Shown: positions 52,354 to 64,000 of the stretch, in pieces
How positions within the stretch are numbered: the first letter of the stretch is position 1
Layout of the letters: every line of letters starts with the position of its first letter
Assembly: GCA_963666115.2 (NCBI GenBank)
Contig: CAXXET010000004.1
Span: 32,001 to 96,000 of the forward strand
From: Dehalococcoidia bacterium
Lineage (GTDB): Bacteria > Chloroflexota > Dehalococcoidia > UBA6926
Direction: 5' to 3'
DNA: 64,000 nt
Notes under the pieces: generated by a model
Seen by the model: only the letters and a program-made list of their open reading frames with translations
Database searches by the model: none
Told to the model about the DNA's origin: nothing
Made by a program: the position numbers and the translations under genes

Positions 52354-55300
52354 ATGACAACGGCAGCGCAAAATGAACCCGTCGCCATCATCGGCATGGC
52401 CTGCCGCTTCCCCGGCGCGGACGACTACGACGCCTACTGGCGGCTGCTCGCCACGGGCACGATGGTCCGCACGGAGGGCATGATTGGGCCCAAAAGCCCC
52501 GGCAGAATGGGGCAATTCCTCGAACTTCCGGACCAACTTGGTGAATTAATTCACCACGCAGCTTTCATAGAGCATATCGACAAATTCGATTCAGAATTCT
52601 TCAGGATCGCGCCGGTAGAGGCCCAATTGCTCGATCCGCAGCAGCGCCTGATGCTCGAAACGAGCTGGCGCGCCCTCGAAGACGCCGGCATCGATCCCGA
52701 CACCCTTAAAGGCACCCGCACCGGCGTATATGGAGGAATAAGCAACGCCGAATACCGATATGCGGCTATCGCGTCCATTGAATTGGGCGATCCCGCCACC
52801 AGCCTCTACGCCGCCAGCGGAAGCAGCCTCAACACCGCCATTGGCCGCGTTTCCTACGCCCTCGGCCTTGAAGGACCTGCGATTTCCGTCGATACGGCCT
52901 GCTCATCGTCCCTCGTTGCCATGCACCAGGCTGTAATCGCCCTGGATCGCGGAGAAGCCGATTTGGCTCTCGCCGGCGGCGTCAACGCCATCCTCTCCGC
53001 GCGGGTAATGAACCTCCGCCGCCAGGCCGGAATGCTCTCCCCCAGCGGCATATGCCGCACGTTCGACGAAGCGGCAGACGGCTACCTGCGCGGCGAAGGC
53101 TGCGGCATCATCGTGCTCAAGCGCCTCAGCGACGCCGAACGCGACGGCGACCGCATCTGGGGCGTCATTCGCGGCTCCGCCATCAACCAGGACGGCGCAA
53201 GCCAGGGCATCACCGTGCCGAGCGCGGCGGCCCAGGAAAACGTCATCCGCGATGCGCTGGCCACAGCCGGCCTCACGCCGATGGACGTTGACTACCTGGA
53301 GGCGCACGGAACCGCCACCCCGGTTGGCGATCCGGCGGAGTTGAACGCGGCAGCCGCTGCGTATGGAACTCAGCGGCCCGCTGATCAACCAATGCTCATC
53401 GGCTCCGTCAAGACCAACTTCGGCCACCTTGAGCCTGCGTCAGGCGTCGCCGGAGTGATGAAAGTCGTGCTGGGAATGCGGCGCGGCATCATCCCCAGAC
53501 ATCTCAATCTCGAGAATCCCACCACGGCAATCGACTGGGAAACCGCCAACCTGCGTGTGCCGACGGAGATGACGGACTGGCCGGAAGTCGCCGGCAGGCC
53601 GCCGCGAGCCGGCGTCAGCGGTTTCGGATGGTCCGGCACGAACGCGCACATCATCGTCGAGGGCTATGGCGAACCGGCTGCTCAAGCCGCCGCAGGCACA
53701 GGAACAACGTGGCCGCTCGGCGCATACCAACCCGTGCCGCTTTCACTGTCCACCGCAGACTCTTTAAAGGAAGAAATGCCCGGGACGACGCCGCGCCCAA
53801 CGCGATTCCTGCCCATGGCCGGCAAGTCGCCGCAAGCCCTGGCCGAATTGGCGCAGCGGCACCTTGATGACCTGGACGAAGTGCGCGGCGGCCCCGCCCC
53901 GGACGTGGCAGCATCCGACCCTGCCCTGTCCGACCTTGCGTGGACGGCGAGCATCGGGCGCAGTCACCACCGCTACCGCTCCGGCATCGTGTACCGCGAC
54001 GCCGATTCGCTGCGGGAGGGCCTCCGCAAAATCGCGGAGCTCGATAACTCGCGCGCGGCGGGCAGCCCTGCCAAAATCGGATTCGTCTTCACCGGCCAGG
54101 GCAGCCAGTGGGTCGGCATGGCACAGGCGCTCTATGAGACAGAGCCGGTCGCGCAAGACGTGCTCGACCGGTGTGACCGCATCATTAAAGAGGAGCGCGG
54201 AATCTCGCTGCTGGATGTCATCTTCGGCAAAGCCGCTGACCTCGATGATTCGAGATGGGCCATGCCGACTATCTACGCCGTGGAATGTGCCCTAACTGCC
54301 CTCTGGAAGAGCATCGGCATAACGCCCGCAGTGGTCGCCGGTCACAGCCTCGGGGAATACGCGGCAGCGCAGGCAGCCGGTGTGTTCACCCTGGAAGAGG
54401 GCATCCGCCTCACGGCAGCGCGCGGAGAGTTGATGAGCGGACTCCCGCTTGGCGCGGCGATGGGCGTTGTATTCGCGCCCGAAGCCGCCGTGCAGGAAGC
54501 CGTCCTTGCGCAGCAGGAAGTCTCCGGCGACGACCGCCTGACGATTGCCGTTGACAACGGCATCAACCACGTCGTCAGCGGCCCGGAAGGGGACGTCGAG
54601 GCAGTCCTTCAAAAATTCGAGGCGCAGGAAGTTCGCGTTCGGCGTATGCCGCCCAGCCCAGCATTCCACAGCAGCTTGCTAGAGCCGATGCTTGAACCTC
54701 TCGGAGAAAAAGTCCGTGAAATTGTTGCGGCGCCGCGAGCGCCGGATATTGATTTCATCTGCGGCGCAACAGGCAGGCCGGTTGAGCAGGACACCCTCCT
54801 GGACGCCGCCTACTGGATGCGCCATTCACGGGAGAAAGTCCTGTATCGAACCAGCGTTGAATCGCTGGCGGAAAGCGGCGTGGATTTCGTCATCGAGATT
54901 GGCCCGGGCGCAGTCGTGGGCGCGATCGTTTCCATGTGCTGGCCCCAGGGAGCCCCCGCCAAAGACCCGCCCGTCCTCTCCAGCATGGTGCGTCCTCCCC
55001 ACGACGAGACGGAGCCGCCAATCGACGCAACACGCGGATTCGTCACCGCGGCCGCCGCCGCCTACGAAGCAGGCTTGCCAATCGACTTTTCCGGCCTCTT
55101 TGCGGGCGAATCGCGTCGCCGCGTCATGGTTCCGAGCTATCCATTCCAACGGCATCGCCACTGGGTTGATGCAGCCGCGCAGCCACGGGCAGCCACAGGC
55201 CATCCCCTTTTGGGCGTTCGCCATGACTCCCCGCGCGGCGAGGTGACGTTCGAAAGCCGCCCGTCCCCGTCAGACCCCGCGTGGCTCAGCGATCACCGCG

Positions 55301-58300
55301 TCTTTGGCCGCGTCATCGCCCCCGGCGCAATGCACGCCGCGCTTGCCCTAACCACCGCGCGGGCCGATCACGACGGAATCATCGCCCTCGACGATATGCA
55401 GATACAGACTGCCCTCGTCTTTGCGGACGGCCAGGACGACGACGCGCCGGAGTCCGCCGAACGCTCCGTCCAGTTGATCCTCGAACCCAGAGGCGGCGAC
55501 GCGGGTCGCGGCTTTGAGATTTACAGCACGTCCGAATCTGAGAAGGACTGGACCCTCCACGCCAGGGGCACGACCCTTGCCATGCAGGGCGGGCTGCCGG
55601 ACGGCGTGACAGCCGCGTCGCCGGACGCGCTGCGTGACGGCCTCGCGCCGGTGGATATTGCGGAGTTCTATCGCGCCAAGGCGGATATCCGTATCGACTT
55701 CGGCCCGCTGTTCCGCGTCGTAACGGGGCTGTGGGCGGCAAACGGGACATCTCTCGGCGAAATCACTCTTTCCGATGAGCTGGCTCGCGGCGGGCTTGAT
55801 TTCCACCCGGTTCTCCTGGATGGGTGCCTGCAGGCCGCGTCAGCCGCGAGGATGGACGACAACTCCGGCGGCGACGCCGCGTACTTGCCCTTCGCGTGGG
55901 AGCGCCTGTGGATGAGCGGCCCGCTGCCCTCCCGCGTCTACTGCCACGCCAAAATGCGCGAACGGGCCGCAGACGCCGCAGCCGGCGCCCAACGCGGCGC
56001 GCCCGAAGTGCATTCGATGGACGTGACCGTCTACAGCCCCGACGGCGAGCCGCTTGGCGGAATCGTTGGCCTGACGGTCAAGCGCGCAACGCGAGAGGCC
56101 CTGCTCTCCGCAGCGGAGGGGCTCTCGAACCTGCTCTACGATGTCGTCTGGCAGGACCGCCCCCTCCGTCCGCTGCTGCCCGCCGATTTCCTCGCCTCGC
56201 CCTCCACCATCCAGGACGTGACGCCAACCTTTGAGGAGTACGTCGGACGGGAAGGCGTGGACTGGAGCGAACGTATCAACCTGCTGACCGATCTTGAACG
56301 CCTCTCGTGGTCCTTCGCCCTGGCCGCCGTTCGCTCGCTCGGCTGCCATCCCACCGCCGGGGAGATGATCGACCCGGAGACGGCGGGCGGCGAACTGGGC
56401 ATCACAGGAGACCGCGCCAGGTTGTTCAGGCGAGTCTTTGAACTACTTGCGCGGGCCGGCGTCGTTGAGGAAACGGCGGACGGCTTCCATGTCCTGATCG
56501 GGCCGGACGACCCGCTGCCCGCAGACCTGCCCCCTGACCCGGACGCCTTTGCCGCATCCATGCTGGAGCGCTACCCGCACGCATCAATTGAAATCGCCCT
56601 CTGCCGGCGGACGGCGGCGCAACTGCCGGGCATCCTGCAAGGGAAGACGGACCCCGTGTCACTCTTGTTCGGAAGCGGGAACCCAACCCCCGCCGACCTG
56701 TTCAGCGCCGCCCCTGCCGCGCGCGCCGTCAACAGCCTGCTGGCCGATGCCGTCGCCGACCTCATCGAAGGACTGCCCGACGGACGCCCGCTGCGAATCA
56801 TCGAGGTGGGCGCGGGCACAGGCTCAGGCACCGCATCCGTCCTGCCCCAGCTCCCTGAGGGGCGATTCGAATACGTCTACACGGACATATCCGCTGGATT
56901 CTTCTCGGAGGCGGAGGCCCGGTTCGGAACCGCCGGCGGCGCCATAACGTACGCGCCGCTCGATATTGAAAAGAGCCCGGCGGAACAGGGACTTGACCTC
57001 CACCGCTATGACCTCGTGATCGCCTCCAACGTCCTGCATGACACCATCTCGCTCGATGAGACGCTCAGCAACTGCCTGAGCCTCCTTGCCCCCTCCGGCC
57101 AACTCGTGGCGATAGAAGCGCTTGTCGGCATGGGCTGGCAGGACGTGACGTTCGGCGCGCTGGAGGGCTGGTGGCGCTTCGACGACCGCTATCGAACCAA
57201 TCATGGAATCGTCGGCGCGGACGTGTGGACGCGCGCGCTGGCGGACACGGGGTTTGAGAACCCGCAGGTTCTCGGTCTCGGCTCAAACGAACCCTCCGAA
57301 ACTCCCGACCGCGCCGTTTTCCTCGCCGGCGCGCCCGCGGAAATCCTTGAGGAGCGCGGCGCATGGGTCATTGCCGCTGACGACAGCGGCGTTGCCGAGA
57401 CGCTCGCCCGCAGAACTGGCCGCGCGAAACCAGTCCGTCACGCTCGCAGACGTCGATCCGGCCAATCGCGATTCCTGGCGCGCCCTCTTCGCGGATCTGC
57501 CGCCGGACGTTCCCCTCCGTGGCGTCGTTCATCTCATCGGGGCGAGCGGCCACGGGGCGGACGCGGCGACGGACGATATGTTCTCCGACGTCCGACAAGC
57601 GGCCGGCTCCGCTCTGGCCATGGTGCAGGGGCTGCTGGACGCGGACGCGGCGCCGTCGGGCGGCCTGTGGCTCATCACGCGCGGGGCGCAGTCCGTCGGG
57701 CGCGAGCGCCTCATCGAGCCGGCAGGCGCGGCCCTCTGGGGATTCGGCAAGTCCCTGATCCGCGAAATGCCCTCCCTCCAACCGAGAATGATCGACCTGG
57801 ATGCCGAAGGCGTGCCGGGTTCCGACCTCGTCGAAGAACTGCTGCGCCCGGACGGCGAGAATCACGTCGCATGGCGCAGGGGTTTCCGCCAGGCCGCGCG
57901 GCTGGCGCGCGCCGCAGACGTGCCGGATCGCCTAACCGTGCCGGAGACGACAACTTGGCGTCTGCGGCCTGACCCGTCGGGAGACCTGGACAAGGCGCAT
58001 ACGGTGGAAATGCCGCCCCGCGCCCCGGAGCCGTGGGAAGTCCGCGCCACAATAGACGCCGCCGCTCTCAATTTCCGCGATGTCCTGGTGAGCATGGGCG
58101 TTGAAGACGGCGATAATCTTGGACTGGAGTTCTCGGGACGCATCTCTGAAGTCGGCGCGGACGTGACGCGCGTCGCGCCGGGAGACCGCGTTGTCGGCCT
58201 CGCGTTTGAAACGCTGGGGCCGGAGACCGTCATTCACGAGGAACTGGTCACGCGCGCGCCGGAAACCATGTCGTCCCGCGCGCTTGCGACGGTGCCGACC

Positions 58301-61300
58301 GTCGGCGCAACTGTCGCCCTGTCATATGAGCTCATCCGCCTTGCCAAGGGAGACCGCGTGCTGATACACGCCGCCGCAGGCGGGGTTGGGCTGGCAGCCG
58401 TGGAGATGGCGAAAGCGGCGGGCGCGGAGATCTTTGCCACGGCAAGCAGCCGCAAGCAGGGCTATCTGCGGGAGTTGGGAATAGATCACGTCTATGACAG
58501 CCGCAGCACGGACTTTGCGCAGGGCATCCTGGAGGACACGGACGGCGCAGGCGTCGACGTGGTGCTCAACAGCCTGACGGGAGAGGGCTTTATCGAGGCC
58601 AGTCTTTCATGCCTGGCGCGCGGCGGCCGGTTCATGGAATTGGCGGTCGAGGGAATCCTGACTGCCGAAGAGATGTCGGATACCCGGCCTGACGTGGAGT
58701 ATCACACCATCCAATTGAATGATCTCAAGGTCGTCGATCCCCACACCCCGGGCGCCGCCCTCCAAGCGGTCATGGAGCAGGTGGCAGACGGCGCGCTCGC
58801 CCCCATCGCCCATACCGCGTGGTCAATGGCAGAGGCGCCCGCCGCCCTCAAGTTCATGCGCGACACGCGCCACGTCGGAAAGATCGTCCTGTCCAACTCC
58901 CCCCTCCAGCAGGGCCGTCTCCGGGCGGACAGAACATATCTCGTTACCGGCGGCCTGGGCGGCATCGGCGTGGCGGTCGCGCGGTGGCTCGCCGGCAACG
59001 GCGCGGGCGCAATCGTCCTCAACGGGCGGCGCGATCCTGACCCGGAGGCGCAGGACGTCATCGACGAACTGCGTGAGGCAGGTGTCACCGTGCAGGTGGA
59101 ACTCGCCGACGTAACGGACGCGGACGCGATAGACGCCATGCTCGCCCGGATCGACGAATCGCTCCCGCCGCTTGCAGGCGTCATCCACAGCGTTGGCATC
59201 CTGGCCGACGCGTCCGTTGCCAACCAGACGTGGGAATCCTTTGAGCGGGTGCTCTCGCCCAAGGTTCTCGGCGCGTGGCATCTCCACCGGGCAACGCTGA
59301 ATCGTGATCTTGACATGTTCATCCTGTTCTCCAGCGCGGCAGGGGTGTTCGGCAACCCCGGGCAAGCCAACCACGCCGCCGCAAACGCATTCCTCGATCA
59401 ACTGGCCGGACACCGCCGCGCCATGGGCCTTGCCGGGCAGACTATCGCGTGGGGCGCGTGGTCGGACATCGGCGAGGCGGCGGAGCAGCGGGAGCGCATC
59501 GAAGAGCGGCTGGCTGAACGCGGAACCGGGTGGATTCCTCCCGAGCAGGGAATGCGCGCGCTGGACTGGCTCGTCAGGCAGGACTGGACGAACGCGACCG
59601 TCGCATCAATCGAGTGGGATTCGCTTTTCGACAGCATCGGGTACGCGCCGCCCCTCTTCGCGGATTTTGAGCGCGTTGACGCAGCCGGCAGCGCGGCATC
59701 AGACGATGCGGGGCCGTCCCTGCTCGCCGGACTCGCGGACGCTCCCGCCGAACAGCGCGAGCAGTTGATCATCGACTTCCTCCAACAGGAGTTGCAATCG
59801 GTGATGCGGATGCCGTCGCTTCCCCTCCCTGCGGCGGAGTTCTCGGAACTCGGCATGGACTCGCTCATGGCCGTTGAACTGCGAAACAGGATCAATCGCG
59901 CCCTCATCGGCGCATACGTCGCGCCCAACACCGTCGTCTTTGATTACCCCAGCATCGACCGGCTGGCCGCCCACCTTGCGGGCGGGCTCGGCGACGCTGA
60001 CCTGCCTGCCGCGCCTGTTGCGGATACGCCCGCCCCCGCGCTCCCCGCGCCGGTCATCGAGTTGCCCGCGCCGCCGTCGCCGCCCACCCCCGTTGCTGAA
60101 CAGCCCGCAGCCCGGGCCCGCGTGCGACACCACGCGGATAAGGACGCAATCGCCATCGTCGGTATGGCGTGCCGCTTCCCCGGCTCCGAGGACGTGGACG
60201 CCTTCTGGCGCCTGCTGGACGAGGGCAGATCGGCAGTCACGGACGGACGCAGGGACGGGCGCGACTGGACAGGACTGTTCGGCGATCCGAACGCCGCGAA
60301 TGCGTATGAACGGCAGGGCGCGTTCCTGGAAAACATCGACGAGTTCGATTCGCGGTTCTTCCGCGTCCAGCCCATCGAGGCCCGGACGATGGACCCCCAG
60401 CAGCGGCTCCTGCTAGAGACGGGCTGGCAGGCCTTTGAGGACGCCGGAATCGACCCTGAGACCTTAAAGGGCAGCCGCACCGGCGTCTACGCGGGCATCA
60501 GCGGGAGCGAATACCGCGCCGTTCTCGCGCGCAACGGCAACGATGATATTTTGGGCTCCATCCCCAGCATGGCCGTCGGACGCATCGCTTTCACGCTCGG
60601 CCTGCAGGGGCCGGCCGTGCCAATCGACCTTGCCTGCACGTCATCGCTGGCGGCGGTGCACCAGGGCGCGGCGGCGCTCCGCAGCGGCGAGGTTGACCTA
60701 GCGCTTGCCGGCGGCGTGAGCATCACGCTTTCCCAATCCACGTCGCGGTTCCTTGCAGAGTTGGGCATCCTCTCAAGCAGCGGAAAGACCGCGAGCTTCG
60801 ACGCGTCGGGCGACGGGTTCACGCGCGGCGAGGGCTGCGGATTCGTCGTGTTGAAGCGCTTGGGACAGGCGGAGGCGGACGGCGACCGTATCTGGGGCGT
60901 CATCCGCGGATCGGCGGTGAACCAGAACGGCGCGGGATTCAGCATCACCAGCCCCAACGGAGCCGCTCAACAGGCGGTCATGCGGGAGGCCCTCAAGCGT
61001 TCAGGCCTGGCAGCGTCCGACGTCGATTACCTGGAGGCGCACGGCACAGGCACGCCGCTGGGAGACTCCATCGAGGCGAATGCGGTCGCCGCCGTATACG
61101 GCCAGGGACGTGAGCCGGACCGCCCGCTCGTCATGGGATCGGTCAAGACGAACATGGGACACCTGGAGGCGGCATCAGGAATGGCAAGCCTGCTCAAGGT
61201 CATCCTTGCCATGAATCACCGCCTGATCCCCAGGCATCTCAACTTCACCACGCCGAACCCGGACATCGCCTGGGACGCCATGCCCGTGCAGATCCCGGCG

Positions 61301-61852
61301 GAGGCGATGGACTGGCCGGCGCCCCCAGATCGGCCCGCGACGGCGGCCGTCAACATCTTCGGCATGACCGGCGCCAACGCCCACATGATCGTCGAAAGCT
61401 ACGAGCCGCCTCCCGCCCAGGCATCGTCGCCCGGCATTCCGAAAACACGCCTCCTCCCGCTCTCCGCCAAAGACGATGATGCCCTGCGCGATCTCGCAGA
61501 ACGATACCGCGGTTGGCTCGACACTCAAGGCGACGAACAACTCGCGGACATGGCATGGACGGCATCCATCGGGCGCAGCCATTTCCCCGCCCGCGCGGCG
61601 GTGGTCTTCAGGAACGCGGACGACCTGCGAACAGGACTTGACCGCCTGATCGACGGCAATTCTCCGCAGAACGGCGCAACTGCGGATGGAAACGCGGATT
61701 CCGCAAGCGCGGCGGCGCGGGCATACGAGGCCGGACAGGACGTCGATTTCGCAACGCTATTCGAGGGAGAGGAGCACAGGAAGATCGCCCTGCCCGGCTA
61801 TCCCTTCCAGCGCCGCCGCTACTGGGCGCCGCCAAAAAACGGGTCAGGTTAA
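52354..61852 (+). CDS. supA: SupA-like type I PKS, KS-AT-DH-MT-ER-KR-ACP-KS, split by a +1 frameshift at ~57407-57409 (sequencing error or pseudogene)
   Basis: KS1 DTACSSS/HGTAT/GHLE; AT GHSLG/AFHS; DH HRVFGRVIAP; MT EVGAGTG; ER HAAAGGVG; KR TGGLGGIG; ACP GMDSL; KS2 DLACTSS/HGTGT/GHLE; GGAGG SD. Removing one C joins ORFs 52330..57972 and 57203..61852 (…VAETLA|AELAARNQ…). Confidence 0.88.
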
Positions 61853-61930
61853 GAGAACGTAAGCGACAATCGCAAGTGAATGCGGTACGCTGATAGAGAG
61901 CACAAATGGCATGACGAAAGGAGTGACAGA

Positions 61931-62167
61931 ATGGCAACAACGGAAGAGAGGCTCCACAAGCTGGTTCACGACAACCTGGACGTCCCGGACACCGAGAGCC
62001 TGAACCTGAACCTGAATTTCGCGGACGCCGGCGTGGCCTCGGCGCAGGTCGTCGCGTTCGCCAAGCTCGTGGCGGATGAGTTCGGCATCACGGTTACCCC
62101 GGAAGACTTCGCAGGCTTCAACAACGTCGGCGACCTCGTCGCCCACATCAACGCGAACGCCGCCTAG
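61931..62167 (+). CDS. supB: Stand-alone acyl carrier protein (SupB-like)
   Basis: 78 aa, acidic, ADAGVAS...EFGI.V..EDF....VGDLV.HI; AAGGAG SD; follows the PKS. Confidence 0.82.
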   Translation: MATTEERLHKLVHDNLDVPDTESLNLNLNFADAGVASAQVVAFAKLVADEFGITVTPEDFAGFNNVGDLVAHINANAA

Positions 62168-62182
62168 CGGCATCCGTTCGGC

Positions 62183-62220
62183 AATCGCGTTCCCGTCGCC
62201 GTCGCGGCGGGAACGCGATT
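62183..62220. terminator. Strong stem-loop after the ACP gene (terminator or mRNA-stabilising hairpin)
   Basis: AATCGCGTTCCCGTCGC-cgtc-GCGGCGGGAACGCGATT; no long U-tract. Confidence 0.6.
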
Positions 62221-62233
62221 CACATTAAGCAGA

Positions 62234-62956
62234 GTGGCGTCAGCAGGAGTGGGCGGAGAGTGGGTCGACTACGGACTCACCGGCGGCGTTGCCGTCTATC
62301 ACGTCGACGTGACGCCGCATCCCGGGCGCGAGGCCGCGGCCCGCGCCCTGCTGAATGAAGAGGAAACAGAGCGCGCCGGCCGATTCTATTTCGCAGAGCC
62401 GCGCCGCCGCTTCGTCCTCTGCCGCGCCGCCCTCCGCTCCCTCATCTGTGAGCGGCTCGGCTGCGACAATTCCGATCTCGATTTCTACCCAACTGCCTAC
62501 GGCAAGCCCATCGCGCTGGTCGAGGACGTGCCGGCGGACGTCAACTTCAGTGTGAGCCACAGCGGCAACCATGGACTCATCGCCATCGCGGGAAAGGCGC
62601 TGGTGGGAGTCGACGTCGAGGATCGAAACACGCGGCTCCCGCTGGAGCAACTCATGGACTCCGTCCCAAGCCCGCGCGAACGGCAGCAGCTTGCCGCTCT
62701 GGACAGCGACGCCCGCAAAAGGTCATTCTTGGACTTGTGGACACTCAAAGAAGCGCTCATCAAGGCAGTCGGCCTCGGGCTGCGCATGCCGTTGCAGGAC
62801 ATCGAGATTCCCGACGCGATGAAAAGCGGCGCGGCGTCCGGCACGATAGCCGTTCCGCAAGCTCCCGGCATCCGGTGGCGGCTGACCAAGCTGAGCGGCG
62901 CGCAATTCGCCGCCGCTGTCGCGCAGGAAATACGGGCGGACGCCGGCTGTGACTGA
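62234..62956 (+). CDS. supC: Sfp-type 4'-phosphopantetheinyl transferase (SupC-like)
   Basis: YGKP, NFSVSHSG, VGVDVE, WTLKEALIKAVGLGL. Confidence 0.92.
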   Translation: MASAGVGGEWVDYGLTGGVAVYHVDVTPHPGREAAARALLNEEETERAGRFYFAEPRRRFVLCRAALRSLICERLGCDNSDLDFYPTAYGKPIALVEDVPADVNFSVSHSGNHGLIAIAGKALVGVDVEDRNTRLPLEQLMDSVPSPRERQQLAALDSDARKRSFLDLWTLKEALIKAVGLGLRMPLQDIEIPDAMKSGAASGTIAVPQAPGIRWRLTKLSGAQFAAAVAQEIRADAGCD

Positions 62957-63860
62957 CTCAAACGATTCCGTATGGATGCCGCCTGAGCCGCTGGCCACGC
63001 ATGACGTCCAACTGGACGCCGACACGGTCGTGACGCTGCGGCGCCACGGCAACCCAAACGGCCCCCGCCTCGTGCTGAGCCACGGCAACGGCCTCGCAAT
63101 CGACCTCTATTACCCGTTCTGGTCCCTCCTGCTGGATGATTTCGACATCATCGTCCATGACATCAGGAACCACGGGTGGAACCCCGTTGGCCCCATGGAG
63201 CGCCACAACCTGCCAACGTTCATCCGCGATCACGACCGCATCCTGGAGGCAATCGACGCGCAATTCGGCAGCAAGCCGCAGGTCGGAGTTTTCCACTCAA
63301 TCTCCGCATTGATCGCGCTCTTGTCGCCCGCGAGGGGGCGGCGATTCTCCGGTCTCTTCCTCTTCGATCCACCCGTGTGCAAGCCGGGCAGGACATATGA
63401 AGAACTGGACGCGGCGGCGGTACGCAACGCGGAGATGATCCGCCGCCGCACGGAGAAATTCAAGACCCGCCGCGAACTCATCGAAATACTGCCCTACATG
63501 CCCGCATTCCAGCAGGTCGTCGACGGCGTCGGACAACTCCTGGCAGAGACGACGCTGCGAGAGGCGGCGGACGGCGACGGTTATGAACTCCGCTGCCCGC
63601 GCGAATACGAAGGGCAGATCATGGAATACGCGGGCATCTTCGCCGTATCCGTCGATTTCGAAAGCATGGCGTGCCCCGTCAAGGTCATGGGCGCGGACCC
63701 CACCGTCCCCTACTCATACCTCCCCACGCTGGACCTAAGCGACATCACCACCGTCGATTACGATTTCATAGCAGACGCCACCCACCTAATGCTCCTCGAA
63801 CAACCCCAAGAATGCGCCCAGGCAGTCCAACAATACACCCAGCAAATCCTCCAACCGTAA
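62949..63860 (+). CDS. supD: Alpha/beta hydrolase (SupD-like)
   Basis: LSHGNG, HDIRNHG, GVFHSIS elbow, ATHL..LEQP. Confidence 0.85.
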   Translation: MTDSNDSVWMPPEPLATHDVQLDADTVVTLRRHGNPNGPRLVLSHGNGLAIDLYYPFWSLLLDDFDIIVHDIRNHGWNPVGPMERHNLPTFIRDHDRILEAIDAQFGSKPQVGVFHSISALIALLSPARGRRFSGLFLFDPPVCKPGRTYEELDAAAVRNAEMIRRRTEKFKTRRELIEILPYMPAFQQVVDGVGQLLAETTLREAADGDGYELRCPREYEGQIMEYAGIFAVSVDFESMACPVKVMGADPTVPYSYLPTLDLSDITTVDYDFIADATHLMLLEQPQECAQAVQQYTQQILQP

Positions 63861-63873
63861 GAAGGGAGCACGA

Positions 63874-64000
63874 ATGACAACATCCGGCGCGAACAGCGGC
63901 AACGGAGCTGTGACAGGCTACGAGGCCGAGTTATGGAAGATGGCCGATGCCCTCCGTGGGAGCATGGACGCCGCCGAGTACAAGCACGTCGTCCTCGGCC
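63874..64000 (+). CDS. hsdM: Type I restriction-modification M subunit, N-terminal fragment (runs off the window)
   Basis: [28 protein letters not shown] is the HsdM N-terminal motif; AGGGAG SD. Confidence 0.85.
   Translation, partial: MTTSGANSGNGAVTGYEAELWKMADALRGSMDAAEYKHVVLG

Noticed and set aside
57407-57409. Programmed ribosomal frameshift in supA
   Set aside because: No slippery heptamer, and the break falls mid-domain.

Overview
GC-rich bacterial window, most likely from a marine-sponge symbiont (inferred from a sup-type PKS operon and giant cadherin/FN3 surface proteins). The housekeeping genes are compatible with Chloroflexota, but this is not proven. From left to right it contains: (1) a housekeeping block (sbcD fused to a GNAT, glyQS, two FmdB-type Zn-ribbon genes, yraN, a CPA2 cation/H+ antiporter, tRNA-Arg(CCG)); (2) a 6x23-bp repeat array that appears to form the promoter of an AAA_14/DUF4143 ATPase, coupled to a MoxR-DUF58 operon with a 2212-aa HEAT/double-transglutaminase/Ig-like membrane protein; (3) a lower-GC adenine-MTase plus PD-(D/E)XK nuclease cassette, bracketed by two copies of an adhesin gene's anchor-encoding 3' end; (4) two tandem ~2800-aa cadherin/FN3 paralogues, a hendecad coiled-coil membrane protein and a divergent ~2600-aa Calx-beta-like repeat protein, with GTCATT- and GTAG-type REP-like palindromes in the spacers; (5) a REP-flanked antitoxin/PIN toxin pair; (6) a SAM methyltransferase with a C15 tract inside its putative promoter, MarR, SulP and a supABCD-like PKS operon in which supA is split by a 1-bp frameshift; (7) the start of a type I hsdM. 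No CRISPR array, integrase, transposase or reverse transcriptase is visible. All calls come from motif reading by eye; no database searches were run.
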